Of a stretch of DNA of 64,000 nt, positions 40,003 to 54,459 are shown piece after piece. How positions within the stretch are numbered: the stretch's first letter is position 1; every line of letters begins with the position of its first letter. The notes beneath the pieces are model-generated. The model was given only the letters and a program-made list of their open reading frames with translations. It made no database searches and had not been told where the DNA came from. The stretch is from contig NC_043012.1 in assembly GCF_006345805.1 (NCBI RefSeq), positions 56,358,001-56,422,000 of the forward strand. The letters run 5' to 3'. Both the position numbers and the translations under genes were made by a program. This stretch comes from Octopus sinensis. Lineage: Eukaryota.

Positions 40003-43000
40003 CATGCTAATATATGTTCCAAACATCTGTTTAATAATTCTTTCTACTATAGGCACAAGGCATGAAATTCTGTGGGAGGGGTCTACTTGATTCATCAACC
40101 TCAGAACACAACTGGTATTTATTGCATCAAAGCATGAAAGTACGAAAGGCAAAGTTGAGCTCAGCAGAATTTGAACTCAGAACACAATGATGGATGAAAT
40201 GCCACTAAACATTCTGTCTGACGTGCTAACAATTCTGCCAGCTCACTGCTTTAAACATCATCATCATCATTTAACGTCTATTTTCCATGCTGGCATGGGT
40301 TGGACAGTTTGACAGGAGCTTCCCAAGTTCCACATCTGTTTTAGCATGGTTTCTACGACTGGATGTCCTTCCAAAGGCCAAGCATTTTACAGAGTGAACT
40401 GGGCACTTTTACACAGCACCAGCAAGGGTGTGTTTATATGGCAGTGGTACTGGTGCTTTTTATGTGGCACCAGCACCTATGAAACTGTAAGGTTAGGGAT
40501 GCAGGGGACAGCTTGTATGCAAGGATAACCACGCTTTTACTTGACGTCTGTTTAATAATACTTTCTATAGGCACAAGGCTTGAAAATTTGAGGGTGGGTG
40601 TTAGTTGATTATATCAATCCCGGTGTTCATCTGGTAGTTATTTCATCAACCCTGAAAGGATGAAAGAGAAATTCATCCTCGGCAGCATTGAACAATTACA
40701 TTCCCCCTACCTCACATCATGGACGTTTCTCGCTCCCTTTTTCTGTCCCACTCTTTGCCTTATCCTCTTTTCCCCTCTCCTTTTTCTTTCTCCTCTCTTT
40801 CTCTTCAACTAGTCATGTGAAAGCATTACAATTACATTCCCTCTATCATGTCATGGACGCTTCTCTCTCCCTCTTTTTCTCTCTCCCTCTTTTTTCTCTC
40901 TACCTCTTTTTTCTCTCTCCCTCTTTCTCTCTAATCACATGAAAGCATTACCGAAAGGCTAAGTAACGGAATGACAAGCAGAACTATTATAAGATATTCT
41001 TCATTATTTTTTAAACTCGATTGAAACAAAGAGGTGTTTCAAGAAAAATATAGTGACAGATGTAATGCTTGTCTTGTGACATTAATCCTAAGTCAGTTTA
41101 AGTACATATTGATGATGTAATATTCATACTTTTATTATGACCAATTAACATTTTTCCCCGTCTCTTCATTTTTTTTTTTGAAGTAGTGACTTAAGTCAGA
41201 AAGTAGCCAAAAATAAAACGAAAAGGTCAAAGTCGCAATTAGTGAGAATAAATAAATTTGCCATTACAAAGAGAGACAGTTTAATGTTTCAGGCAAAAAA
41301 AACCTTCCTAAAATACTTTGTGGTTCCATCTTTCATCTATCAACAAATCTTTCATCATATCTCTCATTTTAAGCAAGCTTTTCCTTTTAAGGTACAACTA
41401 TAACTTGGAAACAAGTTGAATCACTTCATATGTATTCTATCCGTAATAAACAAGATAGTACATCAATAGTAGTGAAGGCATGTGGTTAGGGGGTTAGGTT
41501 CAGTCATTGTTAGGTCTTGGGTTCAATTCTTAAACTGGAGAGCAAAGTGCTTCTTTTTACATTTGGTCCATCACAAGTGAGCTGCAAGATGCAGGAGGAA
41601 AGAGTGAGAGAAAGTCGTGGCAAAAGAGTCAGCAGAAGTTTACCATTACCTTCTGCCGGAGCTACATGGAGCTTAAGTGTTTCACTCATAAACACACACA
41701 TCACCCAGTCTGAGATTCAAACCCATGATCCCTTGACTGCGAGTCCACTGCTCTAACCACTATGCCATGTGCCTCCACTATTTTAATATATTCTTCCTTA
41801 TTTTTGAACTCAATTGAAACCTTAGCCACAATCACAATAACAACAAGAACTATAACACCATCATATACTAACCTATACTTAGTTTTCACTTATAGTATGG
41901 TGGTGCTATGGTAAATAGTCACTCATATCAAACTAGTACGTGGCACTAAATTATTCTGGCCTGGTACTACATGTATCTATATTAAAATGGGAAGAGAGAG
42001 TGTTGGATCATAGTAAAGGTGAGGCTGAAAAAGAGTAAAGGAAAAGGGGCTATAGTTAAAAAAGTTTGTGGGGCACGGCACTAAACATTTGATAACACAA
42101 AAACTGAACCGTTATCCATTTCCAGATGGTCATTGATTAATTGTCTATGAACATGAGAACTTCTTGTAAACCTCTATATATTGTAGGATTATCAGTGGAA
42201 GCTTTTACTTCTTAATATAGTGTTGTTATACATTATTATTATTATTATTATTATTATTTTTATTAACTTGATGGATACATGGAGAAAGTGAAATAAATTT
42301 CCTCAACTGAAATTTTGAAACTGTATCACAGAGTTGGCTCGCATGGTATTTAATATGACTACAGTGCTTGTTCTTTGATCTAACACTTTCATCATCGGTA
42401 AAAACATTCTTGGTTTATGTTTCTCTCATTCAACTCATCCACCATTGATGTTACTACTAGTTACTCAACAGATCTTGCATAAGATATCAAACAAGTGACA
42501 TAAAGTATGTAAAAATTTTTTTGAAGTTATGGACTATATGAGAAAACAGCTAAGAATGAAAATTTTGCAGGAGAACTGAAAGAAAAAAAAACGGGCCTTC
42601 CACTTCCAATGACCTTAAAAAAAATTTTGGGGAGAAAATTTCTTCAGATTTCTGTTTTAAACATTTAACGATTATTGTACTAGAAAAAAAGAACCTGGAA
42701 TTTATGAGAAAGTTAATAATGCCACAAAGGCCTTAGGCTCCATCATTTGCTGTGGCAAGACTATTTTTAATATTGATTTATATTAATTCCTAAATCACTG
42801 AAAAAATTTTTTACAATTTCATTCAATACTTTAGAGTGGTTTTAGTACAGGTATTAAACCACAAAAAAACTAACAGTTTTATTCTGTCAGGGTTTTTTTT
42901 TTTGCAATATATAATACACACATACACACAAAATATGCTTTTTACAAGCAATATCATTTGATTCATCCAAAATCAAAGAGAACTATTTACTTGTCTTCAA

Positions 43001-43329
43001 TTTGTTCTTTCAGCTAAGATGGAGCAATAGCATTTTTATATATGTACAATGCATGTTGTTATAAGCAGTCACAAATCAGCAGCAATTGATGATGACAGGA
43101 AATGATCGATGCTATGGATATTTGCATGACAAGCTACAAGTGAAGCTGACTGTGGTAATTTTCATATACAGCTATGTGAATTTGAGTTAAATACTATATA
43201 GTTTAGCACTATCATATAAGTTTAACTGAAGAAGTATGCATTATTGAATCAGTTTTATAAGGCTCTGAGCTGACAGAATTTTTGGCACATTAGGCAGAAT
43301 GCTTAATGGCGTTTCTTCAGGATATTTAC

Positions 43330-43710
43330 ATTATGAATGCAGAGGACATGCGTAAACTAGAGAGGAGTGAAGGTTAGTATGCCCTGCTGGATGTGCAGCA
43401 TCAGCATGCACGAACGACATGAACAAAAAAGTGCAAATGCGTTGAGAGAAAAGTTGGGCATAAGAAAAATTAAATGCAGCATGCAAGAGAGGAGACTATG
43501 TTCATTTGGACATGCGATGCATAAGAATGAAGACAGCTGTATAAAGAAGTGCCTGTCACTGAAAGTGGATGGTACCTGTGGAAGAGGGAGACCCAGGAAG
43601 GCATGGGATGAAGTGGTGAGGACCGATCTTAGGATGTTGGGGCTCATAGAGAAAACAACAATGGTCTGAAATGTTTGGCAATATGAGGTTCTAAAGAAGA
43701 CCTGTCCACG
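43330..43710 (+). mobile_element. RTE LINE ORF2 C-terminal fragment
   Basis: CWMC...LREKLGI...GHAM...CGRGRPRKAWDEVV, homologous to the 24927-25250 region. Confidence 0.85.
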
Positions 43711-46453
43711 TCAGCAAAACTGAGTTCTAGAAGCATTGTGTCCCACCCACACATAACAATAAAATTTTCACACATCCTGCCCCAACAAACCAAATTGCCT
43801 CTTTTCTCTTCCTCACATTTCCTCTTCATACACTATGATTATCTCCCACTTCCCATTCCTGTCCTCACTGTATTGCTTTCCCTACACCCCTCTTTATACC
43901 CAGGTTCTCCCCAGTTACTGCAAGCCCTAACCCCACTCCCTACTCATGCCTTCTTAGCAATACCCAGCCACAAATAGTATGACCTCCATACCTTGAGGAT
44001 ATGCCCTGGCGCTTGACATCTTTCTCTCTACCATCCCATCTATGCTCTGATCCCTATTCCTTGTGAGTATACCCTGGCACTTCACCACCATCTTTCTCCT
44101 GCTTTTTCGCTGTCTCTCACTCTCTCTTTCCTCATGCTGGGTAACCATGTAGCTCCTCTACAGCAGCACACCTCTTTCTGCCCTTATTCTTGATCACTCT
44201 CCTTCTCTTGCTAGGTACCCATGTATCTCCTTCACACCAGCACACCTGTTTCTGTCCTCTTTTTTTGTTAACCTCTGGCTGGATAACCATATACCTCCCC
44301 TACAGCAAGGCACTTGTTTCTGTTTCTGTCACACTCTAACCTTTCATCATCTGGCACAAGATCATCTCCAATCCCCAACTTCTGTAACAAGACACCTGTT
44401 TCTGTCACACTCAAACCTTTCATTATCTGACATAAGATCCCCTCCTTCAATACCCCCTCTCCTCTCAAAGATTCCTTGTTTTGCAAGTTACTTGGTGACC
44501 CTGCCAGTGCTGGTGCCATGTAAAAAGCATCCAGTCCACACTGTAAAAACCATGCCAAAATTGGCCTCACCTGTGCTGGTGCCACGTAAAAAGCACTCAA
44601 TCCACTCAGTGAGTTGGTGTTAGGAAGGGCATCCAGCTGTAAAACCATGCCAAAACTGACACAGAAGCCTGGTACAGTCTTCTGCCTGGTTGGGTCCTGT
44701 CAAACCATCCAACCCATGCTAGCATAGAAGGCAAACATTAAATGATGATGATAATGAATTCAAATCTGATTGAGATTGACTTTGCATTTATCCTTTTGAA
44801 ATCAATAAAATAAGTATCAATTGAGCACTGGGGCTCATGTAATTGATTAGCTCCCTCCTCCTAAAATTGCAGGTCTAGTGCCAACATTTGAAATCATAAT
44901 TAAACCAGTTTTGTAATCTCATATTTAAACATTGCACAATTTACAAAATGCTTTATTACTATCATATGTTACATCTCTCACTTAATTGCAGATCAATTAA
45001 CCAGGTTTTAAAAATATTTTATTATACTTTGATTAATTTCTCAATGTATAACTGGGGATAGTTTAAGAATAATTAAGTTTTATTTAAAAAATCAGCTGGC
45101 CCCTTGCCGTCAAAAATGATGGCTAATTGTAGTATTTTATATATAAATAGGGTACATAATACAGATACAAACATTCACATCCCTTGTACATGCACACATA
45201 TACCCACAGAGTTGAAACGCTGTTTGATTTTTCTTTTCAGCGTTGAATGTTCACCATCCCACTTCCATTGCACACACACACACTCAAACATTCACATGAC
45301 TCCCTTTTACATACACATACATATACCTACGCAGAGTTGAAATGCTATTTGATTTCTCTTTTCACCGTAGAACTTCCATCATCCCACTACCAAGTTTGCC
45401 ATCACCCCTTCCTTTCTCATTCATATGTTGTGACGGAGAAAAACACAAGTGCATTATCATAGTAAATGCTAAGCTTATTCAGACTTAGCTTATCTTTGAG
45501 TATCAGATACAACTTTCACTTTGTCAAAATAGAATGAAAGTAATATCATGTAATCAATAGATTAACTCAGACTTCCACTTCATGACTGAATAATTGCTCC
45601 AGCAAGTTTTGGTTCATTTTATCATATGATTACTCAAATTGCTAGAAAAAGCAGTAGAATATCTGTCAAGTCACATTCCACCATCATAATTCATCTCTAA
45701 ATTTTACTGATTAACCAAAACTATAAGTATTTTAAATAAAATAGAAAATTAGTGGAGTGTAGTGACCACCCCAACTAATTTTGAAGCAAGCCAAAAAGTA
45801 GTTAGTAGCCCAAATTAAAAATCAAAAATGCATAACAAGTAGTGTTGAAAAGTAACATAATTTGTTACTAGTAGCCTAATCAGTCTACTCTGAGTTCATT
45901 CTTCAATGTGGTTCCAGGATCAATTCAAATATGCTGCACTCTAAATAAAAGTTTTCCACACTAATCTCAGATCTATCAAAATCTGCTGAGTGAAGCTGGA
46001 TGGATGGAAAGTCTGCAGAAACCTGTTAGTCAGGCTCTTTCTGATATTACTCTTTTACTTGCTTCAATCATTTGACTGCGGCCATGCTGGAGCACTGCCT
46101 TTAGTAGAGCAAATCGGCCCCCAGGACTTATTCTTTGTTAGCCTAGTACTTATTCTATCGGTCTCTTTTGCTGAACCGCTAAGTTACAGGGACGTAAACA
46201 CACCAGCATCGGTTGTCAAGCAATGTTGGGGGGGGGGGTTACAAACACAAAAACACATATATATATACATACGATGGGCTTCTTTCAGTTTCCGTCTACC
46301 AAATCCACTAACAAGGCTTTGGTCGGTCCAAGGCTATAGTAGAAGACACTTGCCCAAGGTGCCACATAGTGGGACTGAACCCAGAACCATGTGGTTGGTA
46401 AGCAAGCTACTTACCACACAGCCATGCCTGCGCCTATATTATGGATTTTCTTC

Positions 46454-47017
46454 ACATCTTTTGGGTTGCTGTCACAGATCTTGCATTCTGTTTTTCAATT
46501 TTGCTCCAATCGTTTCCAAATCTGGTTATACCAATTTAGTTTTGTATGCTAATTATGAAAGTGAAATTCATTTTTGCCATAAGTTAATAAATAAAAAGTT
46601 AATAGCTCTTACAGTGTGCAAATTTTGGGTAATTTTAGCCAATCAAAAGCCACCATTATACATATGAATATAAATCCTGCTGGTGTTGATTTCCTTAGTA
46701 ACAAGGAAAGCTGTAGTCTGCCCTGAATTCATTGTAACAAAAATGCTGTACATGCGTAACTGTGACACTTCCACCACCACAAGTTTAAACAAGTATCCTT
46801 TTGTGACAGAGTTACTATGCAGAAAATGCTAGCTTCCGATTCCTGATTGGTTAAAACTGATCAAACTTTGAATCTCTGTAACATTTTTCAGAAATTTTTT
46901 CTGGAATAAACAAATCCCAAATTTGGATTCAGCTTGAAAAATTACATCAATATACCAAATTTTAAAATTTTCACTTAATTTTGAAATTTCCAAATCTGTG
47001 CCTAACTGAAAAGATCC
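46454..47017. mobile_element. Old degenerate member of the GGATCTTTT foldback family
   Basis: Right end gaaaagatcc, decayed left end acatcttttggg, internal ccaatca/tgattgg symmetry, flanks ttttcttc / ctttcttc. Confidence 0.5.
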
Positions 47018-47182
47018 CTTTCTTCTTCACCCTCACTAATCTCAAAGGCTCTGCAAAGATTACAAGCAATTGCTCTTACTCCTCATACTAAACCTTTAAA
47101 AAATATGAAAATGAAAAAAAAAAAAATCTTGCTAAATATTCACATAAGAAACTCAAAGAAGATTATATTTACATGAGCAAAG

Positions 47183-47188
47183 TTTATT
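47183..47188 (-). terminator. Candidate polyadenylation signal (AATAAA) of ATG101
   Basis: tttatt on the plus strand about 130 nt past the stop, followed on the minus strand by T-rich sequence. Confidence 0.5.
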
Positions 47189-47315
47189 GTATATAAGACT
47201 GAAAATAAAAATATGAAAATATATAAATGAACTTAATTCAAAAGAGAATAATTACAAGACAATATTCATGTGAACAATTGTCATCAGAAGTTCTATGCTG
47301 GAAATGCTTCAAACA

Positions 47316-47399
47316 CTACATTTGAAGAGATCTGTTAAAGATTTTTCCAATTGGATTTGGTAAGAATGTTGATGTCGGCGATGTAGTATGATGAAATAA
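47316..47399 (-). CDS. ATG101: ATG101 terminal coding exon, ending in TAG
   Basis: Strong acceptor ctcctttctttttgcag, phase 0. Reads LFHHTTSPTSTFLPNPIGKIFNRSLQM*, a 27-aa tail of about the length expected after QPYL. An AATAAA lies about 130 nt downstream. Sequence similarity to vertebrates is weak, so confidence is lower. Confidence 0.8.
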   Translation of the reverse strand, partial: LFHHTTSPTSTFLPNPIGKIFNRSLQM

Positions 47400-50300
47400 C
47401 TGCAAAAAGAAAGGAGAAAATTTGAATAACAAAAAAAAAAAAAAGCAATTATTCTTCTTTATATAGTATGCTTATACTTTGCCCCTATCCTGTCTCCTAT
47501 GATCCCTCACTCTCCCTGTATACTCTTGCAACCTCCCTGTTCTTCTGTCCCCACGGCTTATCCTGACACTTCATAGCCATCATCTTAACCCTTTAGCATT
47601 CAGATTACTCTGTCCAATTTAATATTTATTCTCATTATTTTTAATTAATCCTGCATTATCCCATAGCTTCAAGATTTCAATGATGCGATTGTTATATTCT
47701 TAGACTGACATTGTAGGGTAGGTGGGAAAGACTTGACCTAGTCAGTTTTATATAAAGCAGGTAGAACGTTTTGGCTGGATATCGCTGGTTCAAATGCTAA
47801 AGAGTGAATGTCCCACTCCAGCTACACCCACTTGCTGGTGTATCTGAGCCCCTTCTCTCATACTTTAACTTCTTGTCACCTAGTATAAAGCTGCCTCTCA
47901 ACTGTGTGAGCCTTGTGAATCAGAGTGGCTGTTCCAGTGCCATTCTCTGGGGACAACACCTTTTCCATTTTGTCTGTGGAACTATAAGACAGTTTGACAC
48001 AGTTTTTTTAGAAAATTCAGATACCAGTTTCAAAATTGATTTTTAGGTTTAAAAATTCTATTTTGCTCCTCACAGAGTTTTTGTTAGAATTATTTTCCTT
48101 ATACAGACATGGCTGTGTGATAAGAAGCTTGCTTTCCAACCACATGATTCCAGTTTCAGTCCCACTGTGTGGCACCTTGGGCAAGTGAGGAAGAGGAAAG
48201 ATATAATGATTTAAGCAGGACCTTTCACATTTCATTAAGCATTATTGTCCAAGACAATGATGATTATGTTGATTTTAGGGATGCTAACATTAAATTGTGG
48301 AGGCTCAATGGCCCAGTGGTTAGGGTAGCGGACTCGCGATCGGAGGATCGTGGTTTCAATTCCCAGACTTGTTTAATAGTTTAATAGTTCAGATAAATTT
48401 ATGAAAAAAGAAATGTCGTAAATTTGCTCTTTTGAATATCTGCCTTTTAAACGTATTCTATGTCTTATATTATTTTTTCTATTCTTTCAGAAAATCACAT
48501 GAAATATTATTGAAAAGTTGTTGATCAGTACAACTTGAAGGATTGATTTTATTTTTCTTGTGTGTGTTTATCAAGCGAAAACACCTAAAAGTTCCACGAA
48601 GCTCTTGCAGAGGGTGGTGGCGACCCCTGTTGTACTCTTTCGCCCCAACTTTCTCTCACTCTCACTTCCTGTTTCTTGAGTAACGTCCAGCTGGGGGGAA
48701 CACATACGCTACAGAAACTGGGAAACCGGGCCCATGAGCCAAGCTAGGCTTGAAAAGGAAAAAGGATCATTAAATTAATTTAAGGTTGTTAATCATCATT
48801 AGCAGCAGCAAGTTGGTCAATACTGACCACTCTGTGGCTGTCAAAAGATCAAGAAACACCTGAAACAATTTTGAGCATTTAGGTTCTTATATTATTAACA
48901 AATTGAATCTGGAAGGGCAAAGTAAACTAAGGTTAAAACTCACTAATTTTTAGCCAAATATCAATTCAATAATTAGTAATCACCAAACTTATGTTTCACG
49001 TAAATATTCCAACTATATCAATATAATATGACTGAATTTTTATTGTTCTTTATTAATTCTGTCAAGTAGTTTTTATAAAATTTCTATAAATATTTTTTAT
49101 TAAAAAACAGTAGTAACACAAAAGAAAATGAAATATTGTTGTTAAATCAAGAAATTATCTATTAATTATACTTTGTGATGGCGGAATCATTTACATGCTG
49201 GACAAAATGCTGAGCGATATTTCCCCCATCTTTATGTTCTGAGTTCAAATTCCACCAAGGTCAACTTTGCCTTTCATCCTTTCAAGGTTGATAAATAAGT
49301 ACCAGTCGATATGATTAACTGACCCTCTCCCCTGAACTAGCTGGCCTTGTACCAAAATTTGAAACCAATTTTATTTTAGAAATGTACATGCTGGAGGCAG
49401 TGGTGTGGTGCAATAAGTTATCAATAATGTATGCTGACCCCCAACTCTAGAGCTTTTCACTTTGCTCTTTCATTCTAATAAAGCTAGTAAAATGAATCCC
49501 AAGGAAAACACAGATCAATTTCATCACAAAAAAAAGCAGCCTTTTGTCTAGGTTAAGAAATTAATTTATGGCCCAATGATGGAAAAAATATATATTATGT
49601 AGTAATTTAGTAACTATCTTTATTGATTTCGTTTCTCACTTGTGTTATAGCTCAGTTATGTAAGTATTGATACAACTCTGGTACATCTATGGTCAATACG
49701 CTTCGAAAATAGACTGTACTCTTGGTTCATTTGAACTTGTTGAAGTCAGTATTTCATTTAATAATATCACAACCAAGTCCCACCCACCAAGCTTGGGAAG
49801 AAAAACTATAGTACTAGTAAACATACAATAATTTATAACAGACGGGAAATCCTTTCATAAATTTACCAACAATTAAAAAAAAACTTCAAGCAAAACAGTT
49901 TGGTTTGAATCAAAGTAATCCAATAGTGGAAGCAATGGTGCTAGTTAAGGCATTCAGAAATTTCTTGTATTGTAAATGTAAACAACTAAATTTAGTTATG
50001 AATGTTGAAAAAGAGGGAGATATTGATTTACACATACACACATATATGTATGCATATGTGTGAGTGTGTATATATACATATAGGCGCAGGAGTGGCTGTG
50101 TGGTAAGAAGCTTGCTTACCAACCACATGGTTCCAGGTTCATTCCCACTGCGTGGCACCTTGGGCAAGTGTCTTCTACTACAGCCTTGGGCCAACCAAAG
50201 CCTTGTGAGTGGATTTGGTAGATGGAAACTGAAAGAAGTTCGTCGTATATATGTATATATATATATATATGTGTGTGTGTATATGTTTGTATGTCTGTGT

Positions 50301-50523
50301 TTGTTCCCCCAACATCACTTGACAACTGATAGTGGTGTGCTTACGTCCCCATAACTTGGCAGTTCGGTGAAAGAGACCGATAGAATAAGTACTAGGCTTC
50401 CAAAGAATAAGTCCTGGGGTCGATTTGCTCAACTAAAGGCAGTGCTCCAGCATGGCCACAGTCAAATGACTGAAACAAGTAAAAGAGTATATATATATTT
50501 ATGTATATATCAAGAGACAAATA

Positions 50524-50735
50524 CAGGGTTGGCCAAAATTCCATAAATACTTAATATTCAATTATATTTATTCATTTGGGAAAATGGTGTCGCTCAAGAG
50601 GGAGTTCAGTTTGAACAATTTTCCTGATGTTGCATATTTAGATGCTTTTATTAAATTCATTCAGTCGATAAACATAAATGTATCTTGGAATTAAATGGTT
50701 TTGATTTACTGTCAGGTGACTTTTGGCCAACCCTG
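50524..50735. mobile_element. Tc1/mariner-type MITE
   Basis: TA|cagggttggccaaaa ... ttttggccaaccctg|TA. Confidence 0.85.
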
Positions 50736-53079
50736 TATATATTTGAGCACCCACATATAAAAATGTATTGGCATCCGTGCTAGTGGAGCACTAAGAGTAC
50801 CATATGAGTGTGATCGTTGCCTGCATCACCTTACTGGCACTTATGCTGGTGGCACGTGAAAAAGCATTCGAGCGAGATCATTGCCAGTGCCGCTGGACTG
50901 GCTCCTGTGCAAGTGGCACATAAGCACCATTTGAGCATGGCCATTGCCAGTACCGCCTGACTGGCCCTCGTGCTGGTGGCATGTAAAAGCATCCACTACA
51001 CTCTCGGAGTGGTTGGCGTTAGGAAGGGCATCCAGCTGTAGAAACTCTGCCAGATCAGATTGGAGTCTGGTGCAGCCATCTGGTTCACCAGACCTCAGTC
51101 AAATTGTCCAACCCATGCTAGCATGGAAAGCGGACGTTAAACGATGATGATGATGATGACACACATGAAAAAGAATAATAAATAAACTGGTGTTCTGTTG
51201 GTTATCACAACAAGGGTTCCAGTTCATCTATTCACTGGAACAGCCCGCTTGTGAAATTTATGTGCAAGCAGCTGAGTGCTGCACAGACATGTGTACCCAT
51301 AACATAGTTCTCAGGGAGATTCAGCATGACATAGAATGTGGCAAAGTTGGCCCTTTGAAATACAAGTAGTTCACATTTTTGCTAGCCAATTGGACTGGAG
51401 CAAAGTAAAATAATGTGTCTTGCACATGGACACAACAGACTGCCAGGAATCGAACTCATGACCTTATGATTGTGAGCCAAATACCCTAACCACTAAGCCA
51501 TGATCCTTTGCACACATGTATTTTTACTGGTACCAGTAATTGGATTGTAACCATACTGGGGTACCTCTTTCGAAGGTTATAGTATTCTTTTATTGGTCTC
51601 AGTCATTTGACTGCAGCCATGCTGGAGCACCACTTTTAGTTGACAAAATTGATCCCAGGACTTATTCTTTGTAAACTTAGTACTTATTCTATCGGTGCCT
51701 TTTGCCGAACCACTAAGTTACGGGATGTAAACACCAACATCCTTTGTCATGTGATGATGGGGGTGGACAAACACAGACACACACATACATATATGTATAT
51801 GATGAGCTTCTTTCAGTTTCCATCTACCAAATCCTCTCGAAAGGCTTTAGTCGGCCTGAGGCTATAGTAGATGACACATGCCCAGGGTTCCACACAGTGG
51901 AACTGAACCCTGAACCATGTAGTTGGGAAGCAAGCTTCTTACCACATAGCCATGCCTGCACCTACCATTATTTCAATTGTCCTTAATTTGTCAGACTACT
52001 AAGTCATAGCAGCAATTCTCAAACTTATAAATACATGACCCTACCAAAAACATTAGTGAAATTTTGGAGAACACCTTACTCCTTTATTAATGAGAATACA
52101 AAATTTTGCTTCCAAATAGTTCTTTCTTTCAGACAGTGTTGAACAAGTTTAAAAAGTTGGAAAAACTTCTTCATTTCAATGAATATAGAAATATATCTGT
52201 ACCCCTTTTCAATTCCCACAGACCATCCCCTACTATGAAAAATACTGAGATATAAAACATAAAAAAGATATATCATAAACGACAACATAAATATAAACAC
52301 ATACACACACACAACAGGATTCTCACAGTTTCCATATACCAAACTCAATTCATGAAACTATCTCTTTTTTTATCTTCTTGTTTCAGTCACTTGACTGCAG
52401 CCATACTGGAGCACCACCTAGAAGGGTTTTAGTTACGAAACTGCTAGGCTCATAATCAAACTGAAACCAGTTATCAAACAGTGGGAGTAGAGACAAACAG
52501 ACATAAAGCCATACACATATATACAACAGGCTTCCTAACAGTTTCCATGTACCAAATTTACTCACAGACTTTGGTCAGCCTGGAGCTATAGAAGAAGACA
52601 TTTGCCCAAGATGATGGGCAGTGGGACTGAACCTGAAACCATCTGGCCAAAAAGCAAACTTCTTAACCTCACAGCCATACCTGTACCTATAATATAACTT
52701 TTGTTTTGTTTTTATATTTTGTTTGGAGCACAAACCCCATGGTTAGATTCTCAGGTATAAATAACCATGTTTTGGCAATTTGCTGTGCCTGAGAAGACAC
52801 GTCAAGCTAAGTGAAATTATAGTCATGTCAGTGACATGTAAAAGGTACCTGGTACACTCTGTTGAATGGTTGGCATTAGGAAGGGCATCGTGCCATAGAA
52901 ACCAAGCCAAAATCAGACTGGAGCCTGGTGCAGATCTCTGGCTTACCAGTTCCAGTTAAACCGTCTAACCTATGCCAGCATAGAAAACAGACATTAAACG
53001 ATGATGATGATGATGTTAATTATTTTAAAATCAATTAATCAACACAAAGAAAGAAGAAAAACTTTATCAAACAACTTAC

Positions 53080-53246
53080 TTGGAACAGATATGGTTGGAT
53101 ATCAGGGTAACTTGTATCAAAAACAAGATCCAAATCTTGTAAATTTGGTGTTTTGGGAACATACTCATGCTTGTTCATTGCTTCTATTATGTGAACAACC
53201 TTCTCTGATAATTCTTCTCCTAATTTTTCCCTCTGTTCTTGACGAT
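53080..53246 (-). CDS. ATG101: ATG101 penultimate coding exon
   Basis: tttctag|AT...CAA|gtaagt, 167 nt. Phase 1 joins the previous exon to give (D)RQEQREKLGEELSEKVVHIIEAMNKHEYVPKTPNLQDLDLVFDTSYPDIQPYLFQ, matching ATG101 REKVGEKL.EK...MNRHEYLPKMP...VFDT...QPYL. Confidence 0.95.
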
Positions 53247-53682
53247 CTAGAAATCCAAATAGAATTTATCAATTGCTAAAAACTCATAAAAGCGCATTAA
53301 TTTTTCTCTGGGGGAATAAAGCAGACATCTTAATGGGATATAAAATCACATTTTTACGATGATATGCACATACAAACGAATATATCCAGTACAATGTAGT
53401 TGAAGCAGTATTGGACCTTGAGGCAGTGTGAATTACAGGAAATTGTACATCCTGCTCCTTAATATAAAGTTGTAATATTAAATATCAATATTTTAGAACA
53501 CACATTCACAAAGAATCAGTTTAAGATGCAGTTACACTGACTACACAGCAGCTACTACAACCAGTTGACTGCTGAGTAATTAGAATGTTTGAATGAATGA
53601 AACAAAGATGTTAGGAAGCTCACTAAAATAACCATCTAGATACTTAATGTATACACATCGTCAATAGGCCAGTTACTGCAGT

Positions 53683-53940
53683 TACCTTAGGTAGGCTACC
53701 TTCTTGAGCCATGCCAACCCATAAGGGCCAGTTTCTCGGTTTCCATGGCATACAAATTCCCTACCTGGATGGGAGACCGGTCTGTTGTAGGGTTACCCAT
53801 TTTTGCCAGCTGAGTGGACTGGAGCAACGTGAAATTAAGTATTTTGCTCAAGAACACAACACTTCGCCCGGTCCAGGAATCGAAACCGCTATTTTATGAT
53901 CAAGAGTCCAAGATACTAACCACTAAGCTATGTGCCTCCA
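53683..53940 (-). mobile_element. tRNA-derived SINE family D with 13-bp TSD, in an ATG101 intron
   Basis: Head ggaggcacatagcttagtggttag...cgattcctggacc; TSD cagttactgcagt at 53670-53682 and 53941-53953. Related pieces at about 29130-29270 and 51200-51510. Confidence 0.8.
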
Positions 53941-54238
53941 CAGTTACTGCAGTATTAGTCCCAAGGTGGCATCTCTTATGGACTTGCTGTGTCAAAAACA
54001 ATAAATAGCAGAGAGAGGGAAGAATTTATCCTAGCAACAGTCAGAAAGAGCATCAGATGTATTATGGTCATTACAATGGCAGGTACTCACAGCCAGCCAC
54101 ATGCTCGAATGAGCATCTGGTGCTTCTGCTGGCCACTGCTGGGATGAATTTTCATCTCCTTCTGATAATCATTGTGTTTTTAACACAGCAGTTCCATAAA
54201 AAAAATGCAATCTCAGGGAAAAGACCTATGTACATTAA

Positions 54239-54459
54239 CCCTTTAGTGTCCGCATTATTCTGCCAAAATTAATGCTTTTTCATTCTCATTGTTTTGAACT
54301 AATCATGCATTATCTTGTAGCTATGAGATTTCGATGGGGTAGCTGTTAATTTTTAAAACGATATTGTAGGGTTGGTGTGAGAGACCAGATCTAGCCAGTT
54401 TGAACATAAAACAGGCAAAATACTTTTGGCCGGATACGGCCGGTTTAAATGCTAAAGAG
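54239..54459. mobile_element. piggyBac-like MITE
   Basis: TTAA|ccctttag ... ctaaagag|TTAA. Related copies at about 47590-47803, 60020-60240 and 39230-39710 (the last interrupted by a CR1-like fragment). Confidence 0.75.

Noticed and set aside
45990-46667. 225-aa ORF, the longest in the track
   Set aside because: Reads through an antisense family B SINE; the same peptide pieces (RRHLPKVP, SKLLTTQP) recur at every copy.
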